Origin: an uncultured Lachnospiraceae bacterium
GTDB taxonomy: Bacteria; Bacillota; Clostridia; Lachnospirales; Lachnospiraceae
NCBI GenBank assembly: GCA_900316165.1
Contig: ONBW01000008.1
Coordinates: 2,135 to 66,134, forward strand
DNA: 64,000 nt
Reading direction: 5' to 3'
A program made the translations under genes and the position numbers. Under the pieces are notes generated by a model, which saw only the letters and a list, made by a program, of their open reading frames with translations, did no database searches and was not told the origin of the DNA. Below, piece after piece: positions 37,638 to 47,695 of the stretch (position 1 is the first letter of the stretch; every line of letters starts with the position of its first letter).

Positions 37638-39461
37638 ATGGGAAAGACTCTTTCTAAAGAACAGCAGATGGCTGTAAGTCACTTCAGAGGGCCCTGTCTA
37701 TGCATGGCGGGGCCGGGAAGCGGCAAAACCCTTGTTATCACTGAGCGAATCAGCTCACTTGTGAAGTATAGGGGCATTGAGCCACGCAGGATACTAGTCG
37801 TCACATTCACAAGGGATGCCGCAGCATCCATGAAGAAGAGATGTGAGGACGAAAATCATATCTATCCATCACCTGCGTTTGGGACCTTCCATTCTATTTT
37901 TTATAATATCCTGCTTAAGGAAGGCAGGGTAAGACCGGAGAAGCTTATTTCAGGACGAAAGGCACTAGGTCTTTTATCGCTTTCCGTAAATGAGTGCGGC
38001 ATAAAAGAGACTGATAAGGACTTTTTTACGACCCTTCTTCGTGCAATCAGTTTCTACAAAAATACCGGAATCTTAGATGAAAACCTCTATCCCAATCAGA
38101 TAAATACAGCTGAGATGAAGCACATTATAGCTTCATTCAGGGGTCATACTGTCTGTGAGGGGTATTTTGACTTTGATGATATACTTGTGGAAACAAAGCA
38201 GTTTTTTAAGGATAATCCTGAAAGACTAGATCTGTGGAGACGGAGATTTCCATTTATCCTCGTGGATGAGGCACAGGATATGAACAGGCTTCAGTATGAC
38301 ATCATAACAGAGCTTGCAGGACCTGATAACAATCTCTTTTTAGTAGGAGACGACGATCAGGCCATATACAGCTTCAGAGGGGCTGATCCGAAGCTTCTTA
38401 TGCAGTTTAAGAGAGACTATCCTGATGCAGAGACTGTGATCCTTAATCAGAATTTCCGCAGTCATTCAATTATAGTGGAATCCTCGGCAAATCTTATCTC
38501 AGAAAACAAAGCCCGCTTTGAAAAGAATCTGAAGGCTTTTTCTGCCGAAAGAGGCTCAGTAGAAATCATCACAGCGGCAGATGAGCACGAGGAGGGAAGG
38601 CTTGTCGCTGGAAAAATAAACGAACTTCTTAAGGCTGGAGCAGACCCGGCTCAGATAGCTGTACTATATAGAAATCGTATGGTCAGTGCCTGTCTTATGG
38701 AGGAGCTTGCGAGGCTTTCAGACGAAGAAGGCGGAGGAGATTTATTATTCTATAAGAGCTTTGTGTTCAGCGATATCATGTCATATCTGTTGGTTTCACA
38801 GAAAGGAATTGTGGATAGGGAACATTTCTTAACGGCTCTTACTCATCCTGACAGGAATATAGCTCTTATAGGTTTAGGCAGGAAAGAAATTGATAAGAGA
38901 GAGTGGCTCTTTAAGATGCAGAAAACTGTCTTTAAAGAAGATGCAGAGGCATTTATCAGGGAAATCGATTTCCTGTCAAAGCTTTCTCCTGCGGCAGCGA
39001 TTAATTTTATCATAAGAAAAATGGAGTACGGTAAGTTCATCCGTGATTTTTCATACAGGAATGGGGTGGACGCCTCTATCTATTTAAAACATGCTGATAA
39101 TCTGGCAAAAAAAGCGCAGGGCTATAGAAAAATAGATAAATTCTGTGATGCAATGCTTGAGGAAAAGGACCATGCATTCTATACAGCGAGCCGGAAGCCA
39201 AAGTCTGAATCTGTCGGATACTATACTTTTCACGGCTCTAAAGGTCTTGAATTCGATACTGTCTTTATCATTGGAGCCTGCGACGGGATAACTCCGTCAG
39301 AGAAGGCTGATTCCATTGAGCGGATAGAAGAGGAGAGAAGGCTTTTCTATGTGGCGATGACCCGCGCGAAAAAGAGCCTCTATATCTCAGTTTCCGGCCG
39401 GTACGGCAATCACAGCTATTATCCTTCTCCGTTTATCAGGGAAGCTTTTGGAAATTTATAA
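37638..39461 (+). CDS. UvrD/Rep/PcrA-family ATP-dependent DNA helicase (short form, 607 aa)
   Basis: Walker A AGPGSGKT, motif II LVDEAQDMN, VGDDDQAIYSFRGA, NFRS, and C-terminal TFHGSKGLEFD and RLFYVAMTRAK. Confidence 0.8.
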   Translation: MGKTLSKEQQMAVSHFRGPCLCMAGPGSGKTLVITERISSLVKYRGIEPRRILVVTFTRDAAASMKKRCEDENHIYPSPAFGTFHSIFYNILLKEGRVRPEKLISGRKALGLLSLSVNECGIKETDKDFFTTLLRAISFYKNTGILDENLYPNQINTAEMKHIIASFRGHTVCEGYFDFDDILVETKQFFKDNPERLDLWRRRFPFILVDEAQDMNRLQYDIITELAGPDNNLFLVGDDDQAIYSFRGADPKLLMQFKRDYPDAETVILNQNFRSHSIIVESSANLISENKARFEKNLKAFSAERGSVEIITAADEHEEGRLVAGKINELLKAGADPAQIAVLYRNRMVSACLMEELARLSDEEGGGDLLFYKSFVFSDIMSYLLVSQKGIVDREHFLTALTHPDRNIALIGLGRKEIDKREWLFKMQKTVFKEDAEAFIREIDFLSKLSPAAAINFIIRKMEYGKFIRDFSYRNGVDASIYLKHADNLAKKAQGYRKIDKFCDAMLEEKDHAFYTASRKPKSESVGYYTFHGSKGLEFDTVFIIGACDGITPSEKADSIERIEEERRLFYVAMTRAKKSLYISVSGRYGNHSYYPSPFIREAFGNL

Positions 39462-39537
39462 AATATTGGGATTTTTAGTCCTCTTTTATGTTATAATGAT
39501 TTCCGAATACGATTAAATGAGCGAGTTTGGAGATTAT

Positions 39538-41364
39538 ATGAACTATGAAATGAAAAAAGGCAGCTTTTTAAACCCTGGTGCATTCCATCGCAGGAAGGGA
39601 ATAGAGCTTACTGTGGTGGCCAGAAGAGAAGGCAGCCTTTCTGTCATTTTTTACGATAAGAATACCAGGAAAAAGCTTAAAGAGATTGCTATACCAAAGT
39701 CATTCAGTGTAGGCAGGGTTTATTCCGTATTTTTCCCAGAACTAAGTGGTGAAGTCTGCTACATGTTAAAGGACAGGGACGGTGTCTACTTAGATCCATA
39801 TGCTCCTGTAATAACAGGAAGAGAAAAATGGAATGACATAACCAGAAAAAAGAATAATTATTTCGTCTATGGAGGTATCGGAAAGAGCGTTTCTGACTAT
39901 AGTGAGAAGCTTTCGCCTGTTGCACCTGAGGATATGGTCATCTATAAGCTTCATATCAGAGGTTTTACAGAGTCGAACGGCCTTTCCGCAGCGTATAAGG
40001 GGAATTACAGGGGAATCATCAGAAAACTTCAGTACTTAAAGGGACTTGGTGTGACCTCTCTTCTTTTCATGCCGCTCTATGAGTTTGAAGAGATCAGATA
40101 CCACGCATATAAGGTCACAGAGCCTGACGATTCTGTCGGAGAGGTGACTTCAGATCCTTTTGGGGTTAATTACTGGGGATATGGAGACGCGTCTTATTTT
40201 GCGCCGAAGGCGTCATATTTCGGTGCAGATCAGCAGAGAGGAATGGACTTACTGGTTAATGCCATTCATAAAGCCGGAATGGAGATTCTGATGGAGTTTT
40301 CATTCACGACCGAGAAGGCCATTTCAAATCCAAGATTTATCACGAATATCCTTATCTACTGGCATCTTAGATACAAGGTCGATGGCTTTCATCTGATTGG
40401 TGAAGGTCTGCCTATTGACTATATTCTTAAGCATCCTAAGCTTTCGGATGTGAAGATTTTCTATGAGAAAACAGATGAGAGAGGACTTTCAAATGAGGAT
40501 CACAAGAGATTTTTCTACTACAATGATGACTTCATCTATCCTCTGAGAAAGCTTGAGAACCATATGGACGGTTCGGTAGCGGAGCTTGCAAACCAGATGA
40601 GAAAACAGGGTGAGAAGTTTGGCTTTGTAAACTACGCAGCAGAAAAGACAGGTTTTACTCTTCTAGATGCCTACAGCTATGGTGAGAAACACAACGAGGC
40701 AAATGGTGAGGACAACCGGGACGGAAGTAACTATAACTGCAGCGCAAACCATGGCTGTGAGGGTAAGACTAACAGCCGTAATGTAAATGAAAAGCGCTAT
40801 ATCTGTGTCAGGAACGACCTGACTCTGCTTTTCCTCTCACAGGGTATTCCGCTTATTACTGAGGGTGATGAGTCACTTAATTCGGCAGATGGAAACAACA
40901 ATCCGTATGGTCAGGATAATCCGGTTGGCTGGGTTCAGTTTTCAAATAAAAAGGACGCGAAGCTCTTAAGAGAATTTGTAAAGCAGTTATCAGTGTTCAG
41001 GAAAGCTCATCCGAATATTCGTACAAAAAAGCCTATGAGGCAGAATGATTACATAGGCTGTGGTCTTCCAGACCTCTCATATCATGACAGCGAGCCGTGG
41101 ATAATGGGTATTGGTCCTGAGAAGAAAGGCCTTGGAATCCTCTATGCCGGAGCGTACGCTGGTGAGGAATGTGAGGACGTTATGGTCGTCATGAATTTTT
41201 ATTATGAGGACAGGACATATGCTCTTCCTTCTCTTTTAGGAGACCGCAAATGGTATTTAGTTGCAAATACCAGAGAAGAAAAGTTCTTTGATGAACCAAT
41301 ACGTGTTGATGATGAAAAGATAACTGTGCCATCAGGTACAGTCTCTATTCTGACAGGCAGGTAA
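39538..41364 (+). CDS. GlgX/isoamylase-like GH13 protein (CBM48-like N-terminus) with non-canonical residues at the catalytic positions
   Basis: The block GFTLLDAYSYGEKHNEANGEDNRDGSNYNCSANHGCEG is typical of debranching enzymes, as is GDESLNSADGNNNPYGQDN. The GH13 regions read EFSFTT (I), VDGFHLIGE (II), IFYEKTD (III) and YAAEKTGFTL (IV). The preferred start is the ATG at 39538, 7 nt after GGAG. Confidence 0.7.
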   Translation: MNYEMKKGSFLNPGAFHRRKGIELTVVARREGSLSVIFYDKNTRKKLKEIAIPKSFSVGRVYSVFFPELSGEVCYMLKDRDGVYLDPYAPVITGREKWNDITRKKNNYFVYGGIGKSVSDYSEKLSPVAPEDMVIYKLHIRGFTESNGLSAAYKGNYRGIIRKLQYLKGLGVTSLLFMPLYEFEEIRYHAYKVTEPDDSVGEVTSDPFGVNYWGYGDASYFAPKASYFGADQQRGMDLLVNAIHKAGMEILMEFSFTTEKAISNPRFITNILIYWHLRYKVDGFHLIGEGLPIDYILKHPKLSDVKIFYEKTDERGLSNEDHKRFFYYNDDFIYPLRKLENHMDGSVAELANQMRKQGEKFGFVNYAAEKTGFTLLDAYSYGEKHNEANGEDNRDGSNYNCSANHGCEGKTNSRNVNEKRYICVRNDLTLLFLSQGIPLITEGDESLNSADGNNNPYGQDNPVGWVQFSNKKDAKLLREFVKQLSVFRKAHPNIRTKKPMRQNDYIGCGLPDLSYHDSEPWIMGIGPEKKGLGILYAGAYAGEECEDVMVVMNFYYEDRTYALPSLLGDRKWYLVANTREEKFFDEPIRVDDEKITVPSGTVSILTGR

Positions 41365-41365
41365 T

Positions 41366-41920
41366 ATGAGTTTAAAAAAAGCATTTCTACACTTCAAGAC
41401 GATAACGCATCACAGACACCTCGTAATGAAAGGCTGTTTTAAGGTGGGCCTTTATAAACAGGGCCTGCTGCATGACCTTTCGAAATATTCATGGACAGAG
41501 TTCAGAGTAGGAGCCAGGTACTATCAGGGGACGAGGAGCCCGAACAATGCCGAGCGTGAGGAGACAGGCCTCTCTACAGCCTGGCTCCATCACAAGGGCA
41601 GAAACAAGCATCACTACGAGTACTGGATAGACTACGATATAAATGCAAAGGATGGAGAGATGCCTCTTACTGGTATGAAGATGCCTGTCAAGTATGTAGT
41701 AGAGATGTTTATCGACAGAATCTCGGCCAGTAAGAATTACCTCGGTGATAAATACCAGGACGATTCAGCGCTTACGTACTATCTGAAGGGCCGTGGCCAT
41801 TACATAATCCATCCTGAGTCAGATGCACTCCTTTATAAGCTTCTTCAGATGAATGCCGATAAGGGTGAGGAAGCAACGTTTGCCTATATCAGGAAGTATG
41901 TCCTTAAGAATAAAAAATGA
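41366..41920 (+). CDS. Conserved hypothetical His-rich protein (possibly the DUF5662 family, unverified)
   Basis: 184 aa with His clusters HHRH and HHKGRNKHHYEYW. The start lies 1 nt after the GlgX-like stop. Confidence 0.4.
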   Translation: MSLKKAFLHFKTITHHRHLVMKGCFKVGLYKQGLLHDLSKYSWTEFRVGARYYQGTRSPNNAEREETGLSTAWLHHKGRNKHHYEYWIDYDINAKDGEMPLTGMKMPVKYVVEMFIDRISASKNYLGDKYQDDSALTYYLKGRGHYIIHPESDALLYKLLQMNADKGEEATFAYIRKYVLKNKK

Positions 41921-41922
41921 CT

Positions 41923-43017
41923 TTAGGCCATATTTCTTACATAGTGATTCAAGAATACCTCTTTTAAGAATCCCTTCTCTGTAAGAGTCGATACAATCCC
42001 CAATATATCAAGAAGTGTAAGGCCGCATTCTGCCTGCACTTCGTCTATGCTTTTCGCATTAAAATCAAAAGCACTGTACACTTTTATCTCATCAGGCTTA
42101 AGGCCTGAATTTTTTATCTCTTCTTCGATATGCACTATGGCATCCGGATTGTAAGACAGTTCAAGCTCTTCTATGAGTGCCTCAGATGAGCGGATAATTC
42201 CGGCACCCTGAGATATGAGCTTATTGCATCCTGCACTTAAGGGGTCGGTTATTTTGCCAGGGAGGGCATAGACATCCCGGCCCTGGTCTAAGGCAAAGTC
42301 AGCGGTGATAAGGCTTCCGGAGCGTTCTCTGGCTTCAATCACTATAACTGCCCTTGAGAGTCCGCTTATAAGCCTGTTTCTGTCCGGAAAAAATTCCGGA
42401 AGAGGCTGTGTTCCAAGAGCAAATTCTGTTATTATCGCACCGTGCTTTGGAATCTCTGTGTATAGGTCTCTGTTTGTCTCAGGGTAGCAGATGTCAAGTC
42501 CGTTTGCGACGAAGGCATAGGTCTTTCCGCCTCCCTCGAGGGCTCCTCTCTGTGAGTAGGTATCTATGCCATATGCCATTCCACTTATTACAGAATAGTC
42601 GAAGGATGCAAGGTCTGAGGCTATTTTGCCAGCCATTACTCTACCGTATGAAGAGCAGCGGCGGGCACCTACCATAGCGACAAGCTTCTCATCGGGATCT
42701 GGTAGGCTTCCGTTGTAGAAAAGTGCGACAGGCGGTTCGTGAATGTATCGCAGCGGCTCAGGAAAAGTGCTGTCATAGCTTAAAACCAGGTTATATCCGC
42801 TTTCTGTGAAACGTCTGAAACTCTCTTTTAATTTTAGAGATGTAAGCTCCGTTCTAAAAGCACACAGCTCCTTTTCAGAGATTATCTCGTAGTGTAAAAT
42901 ATCGGCATCAGAGGCCTCAAGAAGCTTGAATACGGTAGGGTAAATCTCTAATAGCTTTCTCTTTTTTCCCCTTGTAAAATGTCTCGTAGATGAAAAACCA
43001 AACTCTTCAATAGTCAT
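41923..43017 (-). CDS. dprA: DNA-processing protein DprA (Smf)
   Basis: VGARRCSSYG, SGMAYGIDT, FPDRNRLISGLS and RSGSLITA motifs. An ATGA overlap joins it to the upstream comM stop. Confidence 0.9.
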   Translation of the reverse strand: MTIEEFGFSSTRHFTRGKKRKLLEIYPTVFKLLEASDADILHYEIISEKELCAFRTELTSLKLKESFRRFTESGYNLVLSYDSTFPEPLRYIHEPPVALFYNGSLPDPDEKLVAMVGARRCSSYGRVMAGKIASDLASFDYSVISGMAYGIDTYSQRGALEGGGKTYAFVANGLDICYPETNRDLYTEIPKHGAIITEFALGTQPLPEFFPDRNRLISGLSRAVIVIEARERSGSLITADFALDQGRDVYALPGKITDPLSAGCNKLISQGAGIIRSSEALIEELELSYNPDAIVHIEEEIKNSGLKPDEIKVYSAFDFNAKSIDEVQAECGLTLLDILGIVSTLTEKGFLKEVFLNHYVRNMA

Positions 43018-44530
43018 AGTGCTGCCTCCCAGAATCTGCGGTCAATAGTCCTGAAAAAACAGGCCTCCGCGATGTGCTCTTTTGTGATATCTTTTTCTCC
43101 GGCCAGGTCTGCTATCGTGCGTGAGACCTTAAGAATTCTGTAATAGCCTCTGGCTGTAAGCTCGAGCTTTACGAACATCTCTGCGACAAACTGTTTTATC
43201 TCTGAGTTCATGCGGCAGTATTCCTCTATATCAGCAGAGGGCACCTGAGAGTTGAAGTTATAGCTTTTATTCTTGTAGCGCTCATTCTGAATCTCAGAGG
43301 CCTCAACAACCCGTGATCTGATAGAGGCAGAGTCCTCATCATCTGAATCTCCCAAAAGCTCAGTGATGCCTATTTTTTTAGTCTCTACACAGATGTCAAA
43401 ACGGTCTAAAAGAGGCTGTGATATCTTTGAGAGATAGTTTCTTATCGAGCTTACAGAGCAGGTGCATCTGGTCGAAGGGTAGTAGCCACAGCGGCACGGA
43501 TTCATCGCAGCTGCAAACAGAAAATCAGCCGGGTATTCCTCCTGATACCTGTTCCTCACGACATTTATATGCCCCTCCTCCAGCGGCTGACGTAGAACCT
43601 CTAATACATCGCGCTTGAACTCTGGAAGTTCATCTAAAAAAAGTACACCATTGTGAGCCATGGTTATCTCACCGGGAGTTACGGCATTGCCGCCTCCTGA
43701 CATGGCTATGGCAGTTACAGTGTGATGAGGGCTCCTGAATGGACGAATAATTTTATCATACGAAAAATTCTTCCTTCCACTTACACTGTAGATCTTCATC
43801 AGCTCTAGCTTCTCATCGTTAGTGAGCGGAGGGAGAATAGAAGGCAGGCACTTCGCAATCATGCTTTTTCCGGCACCAGGAGGACCGTACATTAAGAGAT
43901 TGTGCATGCCGGCAGCAGCAATCTCACAGGCTCTTCTCGAGACCTTCTGGCCATGAAGCTCCTTAAAGTCCAAGTACCTGTCTTCACAGATATCGGAACT
44001 GAGCTCTGTATCGGTTTCGGGGATTTTTTTATGTAATCTATGAGCTCGCTTATAGATGAGACTCCGATGGAAGTCATGTCTGGAACAAGCGCAGCTTCAC
44101 TGAGATTTTCCTTTGGGATAATGCATTTAGTAAGACCTGCCTCGCGGGCAGAAAGAAGCATTGGGAGCATGCCTCGTACAGGGAGCACATCGCCTGACAG
44201 GGCTAGCTCACCTGATACGAAGGTATTTTTTAAGGAATCCGCTTTGAAGCAGCCCATCGCAAGAAGCACAGAGCAGGCCATAGGAAGGTCAAAACCACTG
44301 CCGCTTTTCTTCTCGTCTGCGGGGCTGATATTTACCGTGATGCGGCGGGCAGGAAGCGGCATTCCTATAAGCTTTAAAACTGTGCGGACGCGTTCCTTGC
44401 CCTCGCGTACCTCGGCTGCCAAACTTCCGACCATATCAAAAACAGGCAGACCTTCACTGACATCTGCCTCTACTGTGACGACGCTTGCCTTAAGGCCGCG
44501 CAGCGTCCCTGATTTAACCTGACTAAACAT
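43014..44530 (-). pseudogene. comM: YifB/ComM family Mg-chelatase-like AAA+ ATPase, interrupted by a frameshift at an A7 tract
   Basis: The N-terminal Lon-protease-like part is ORF 43892-44530. The AAA+ part (GPPGAGKSM, VLFLDELPEF) is ORF 43014-43973, in the -1 frame. The two frames overlap around the homopolymer at 44024-44030 (T7 on the + strand). Adding one A gives ...ELIDYIKKIPETDTELSSDICEDRYLDFKELHGQ... and a normal product of about 505 aa. Confidence 0.8.
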
Positions 44531-44637
44531 AATAAAGTCGCGGAAAAATAAACGATTTGATCTGTAATTTGATGAAAGACAATATTACATTATCAGAAAA
44601 AAAGAAGATTTTCAAGTGCAATTCTGAAAAAATAGAC

Positions 44638-44666
44638 TTGAAAAACAAAATGTTGTGGTGTATAGT
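44638..44666 (+). promoter_or_regulatory. Sigma-A-type promoter candidate for topA
   Basis: TTGAAA, a 17-nt spacer ending in TGGTG, then TATAGT. Confidence 0.5.
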
Positions 44667-44707
44667 AAAAAACTGCTACGGATTAAAAGTATGAAAGGAT
44701 TGAATTA

Positions 44708-46783
44708 ATGGCTAAGAATCTTGTGATCGTCGAGTCTCCGACAAAGGTTAAAACGATTAAAAAATTCCTCGGCAGAAATTATACGATAGTGGCTACTATG
44801 GGGCATGTAAGGGATTTGCCTAAGAGCCAGCTTGGAATAGACATAGAAAATGACTTTGAGCCTAAATATATCACGATCAGAGGTAAGGGAGAGCTGTTGG
44901 CTTCACTCAGGAAGGAAGTAAAGAAAGCAGATAAGATTTATCTTGCGACAGACCCTGACCGTGAGGGAGAGGCTATCTCCTGGCATCTGATCCCGGCATT
45001 AAATCTTGCGGATAAGGACTATTCGAGAATAACCTTTAACGAGATTACGAAGAATGCTGTAAAGGAGTCATTCAACCATCAGCGTGACATAGACATGAAC
45101 TTAGTCGACGCGCAGCAGGCCAGACGAGTACTTGACAGGATCGTAGGATACAGCATCAGCCCACTTCTCTGGGCAAAGGTCAAGAGAGGTCTTTCAGCAG
45201 GCCGTGTACAGTCTGTTGCCTTAAGGATTATTTGCGACAGAGAGGACGAGATAAATGCCTTCATTCCGAAGGAGTATTATACTCTTGATGTCGATCTAAA
45301 GGGAGAAGGAAGAAAGAAGCTTCAAGCCTCATACCATGGCAAAGGGAAAAAAGCAGATGCCATAGAATCAAAGGAAGAGTTAGATAAGATTTTAAAGGAT
45401 ATAGATGGCTGTGATTTCACGATAGATTCGGTAAAGAAGAGTGAGAAGTCAGTAAAGTCGCCTCTTCCATTTACTACATCTACGATGCAGCAGGAGGCCT
45501 CAAAGGCTCTTAATTTTGCTATATCAAAGACAATGATGGTTGCCCAGCAGCTCTATGAGGGTGTAGAAATAAAAGGGATGGGTACGGTAGGTCTTATCAC
45601 CTACTTAAGAACCGATTCAACACGAGTATCTGAAGAGGCAAGAGCTGCGGCAGCTTCGTTTATAGCAAAAGAATACGGACAGGAATATCTGGGGATAAAG
45701 GATACCTCAAAGAGCTCCGGCAAAAATATCCAGGATGCTCACGAGGCTATAAGACCGGCAGATCTTACTATCCTTCCATCAGAGATAAAGGACAAGGTCA
45801 CAAGAGACCAGTTCAGACTATACTCTCTTATCTGGAAACGCTTTATGGCATCACAGATGGCAAACGAGAAGACAGAGACTACATCTGTTAAACTTGATTG
45901 TGCCGGATATATTTTTTCTGCCGCAAGTACAAGCGTTACATTTGATGGATTCTCTAAGGTCTATGTAGATGCGGACGATAAGGAAGAAAAGGCAGTAAAA
46001 GACTTAAGTGCTTTCGAAGAGGGAGATGTGATGAGTCTCGTAAAGACCGATCCGAAGCAGCACTTTACCCAGCCAAAACCACACTTTACTGAAGCGTCAC
46101 TAGTACATACACTTGAGGAACTTGGTATCGGCAGACCGTCTACCTACGCGCCGACTATTTCCACACTCTTAAAGAGACACTATATCATAAAAGAGGGCAG
46201 AAGCATCTTTGTCTCTGAGCTCGGCGAGATAGTAAATAAAATCATGGTCGAGAATTTCCCAGAGATAGTCGATAAGACTTTTACTGCGAATATGGAAAGT
46301 CTTCTGGACGGTGTGGAGACAGGAGATGTCAAGTGGAAATCGATAATCAGAAATTTCTACCCTGACCTGGAAAAAGAGGTAAAGACGGCGGAGGAAAAGC
46401 TCGAGAAGGTCGAGATAAAGGACGAGGAGACCGATGTGATCTGTGAGAACTGTGGCAGACACATGGTCATCAAATACGGACCTCATGGTAAATTCCTAGC
46501 CTGCCCTGGCTTCCCGGAGTGTAAGAATACAAAACCTTATCTGGAAAAAATAGGCGTCAAATGCCCTAAGTGCGGCAAGGATATAGTCATCAGAAAGACC
46601 AAGAAGGGAAGAAAGTTCTACGGCTGTGAGGATTATCCTGACTGCGATTTCATGAGCTGGCAGAAGCCTGTATCTAAAAAATGCCCGCGCTGTGGCAGCT
46701 ACATGGTTATCCGTGGAAAGAAACTCGTCTGCGCTGATCCGGAATGTGGATATAGTGAAGAAAAAAATTCAGACGAGGGTTGA
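44708..46783 (+). CDS. topA: DNA topoisomerase I
   Basis: Toprim N-terminus LVIVESPTKVKTIKKFLG, DPDREGE, active-site Tyr region GLITYLRTDS, and three C-terminal CxxC..CxxC zinc ribbons. Confidence 0.92.
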   Translation: MAKNLVIVESPTKVKTIKKFLGRNYTIVATMGHVRDLPKSQLGIDIENDFEPKYITIRGKGELLASLRKEVKKADKIYLATDPDREGEAISWHLIPALNLADKDYSRITFNEITKNAVKESFNHQRDIDMNLVDAQQARRVLDRIVGYSISPLLWAKVKRGLSAGRVQSVALRIICDREDEINAFIPKEYYTLDVDLKGEGRKKLQASYHGKGKKADAIESKEELDKILKDIDGCDFTIDSVKKSEKSVKSPLPFTTSTMQQEASKALNFAISKTMMVAQQLYEGVEIKGMGTVGLITYLRTDSTRVSEEARAAAASFIAKEYGQEYLGIKDTSKSSGKNIQDAHEAIRPADLTILPSEIKDKVTRDQFRLYSLIWKRFMASQMANEKTETTSVKLDCAGYIFSAASTSVTFDGFSKVYVDADDKEEKAVKDLSAFEEGDVMSLVKTDPKQHFTQPKPHFTEASLVHTLEELGIGRPSTYAPTISTLLKRHYIIKEGRSIFVSELGEIVNKIMVENFPEIVDKTFTANMESLLDGVETGDVKWKSIIRNFYPDLEKEVKTAEEKLEKVEIKDEETDVICENCGRHMVIKYGPHGKFLACPGFPECKNTKPYLEKIGVKCPKCGKDIVIRKTKKGRKFYGCEDYPDCDFMSWQKPVSKKCPRCGSYMVIRGKKLVCADPECGYSEEKNSDEG

Positions 46784-46807
46784 TATTTTTCAGAAAGTGA
46801 GTATAAT
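46780..46807 (+). promoter_or_regulatory. Sigma-A-type promoter candidate for codY, with a CodY-box-like sequence in the spacer
   Basis: TTGATA (overlapping the topA stop), a 16-nt spacer, then TATAAT. ATTTTTCAGAAAGTG (46785-46799) matches 12 of 15 positions of the CodY box AATTTTCWGAAAATT. Confidence 0.45.
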
Positions 46808-46847
46808 TTTCTTTATTGAAAGAATTTTTTAACACTTAGAGGATCAA

Positions 46848-47630
46848 ATGAGCGTAGAATTATTAGACAAGACTAGAAAAATAGGCAAACTTCTTCACAA
46901 TAACAATCACTCAAAGGTTGTCTTCAACGACATCTGCAGTGTACTGACTGAGATTTTAAAATCATCCTGTATGGTCATCAGTAAGAAGGGAAAGGCTCTT
47001 GGTATCAGCTTTCATCAGGGTGGTCATCATATATCAGAGCTCCTTACAGATGAGGTAGGAGAGTTTATCAATTCAGACCTGAATGAAAGACTTCTTGGAA
47101 TCCTCTCTACCAGAGAGAATGTAAGTCTTGGAACCTTGGGATTTGAACAGGATGACATCACGCAGTACAATGCCCTGGTTACTCCTATTGATATCTCAGG
47201 AGAGAGACTTGGAACACTTTTTATCTACAGATATCAGAATCCTTTTGATATCGATGACATCATTTTAGCAGAGTACGGTACAACTGTCGTTGGACTTGAG
47301 ATGATGCGTTCAGTAAATGAGGAAAATGCCGAAGAGAACAGAAAGATTACGGATGTACAGTCTGCTATAAATACTCTTTCGTATTCGGAGCAGCAGGCTA
47401 TCATTCATATTTTTGATGAGCTCGATGGCAAAGAGGGAATTCTCGTAGCATCGAAGATCGCTGACAGAGTCGGCATCACCAGAAGTGTCATCGTAAATGC
47501 TTTAAGGAAGTTCGAGTCAGCAGGAGTTATAGAATCCCGTTCTTCAGGTATGAAGGGCACTTACATCAAGGTTTTAAACGATGCTGTGTTCGGAGAACTG
47601 GACAAATTAAAAGAACATATGAACCGATAA
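46848..47630 (+). CDS. codY: GTP-sensing pleiotropic transcriptional regulator CodY
   Basis: 260 aa with a GAF-like N-domain and the C-terminal wHTH ASKIADRVGITRSVIVNALRKFESAGVIESRS. It sits immediately upstream of flgB, as in Bacillus. Confidence 0.92.
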   Translation: MSVELLDKTRKIGKLLHNNNHSKVVFNDICSVLTEILKSSCMVISKKGKALGISFHQGGHHISELLTDEVGEFINSDLNERLLGILSTRENVSLGTLGFEQDDITQYNALVTPIDISGERLGTLFIYRYQNPFDIDDIILAEYGTTVVGLEMMRSVNEENAEENRKITDVQSAINTLSYSEQQAIIHIFDELDGKEGILVASKIADRVGITRSVIVNALRKFESAGVIESRSSGMKGTYIKVLNDAVFGELDKLKEHMNR

Positions 47631-47652
47631 TTTTATAAAACAACAAGATGAT

Positions 47653-47685
47653 GTGGCATTTTTTAGAAAATGCCACTATTTTTTT
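47653..47685 (+). terminator. Rho-independent terminator after codY
   Basis: GTGGCATTTT TTAG AAAATGCCAC is a perfect 10-bp stem, followed by TATTTTTTT. Confidence 0.75.
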
Positions 47686-47695
47686 GTTAAAAAGC

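Noticed and set aside
44615-44635. A CodY-box-like AATTCTGAAAAAAT sequence upstream of the topA promoter.
   Set aside because: When aligned on the central CTG, it has at least 5 mismatches to AATTTTCWGAAAATT, which is no better than background.
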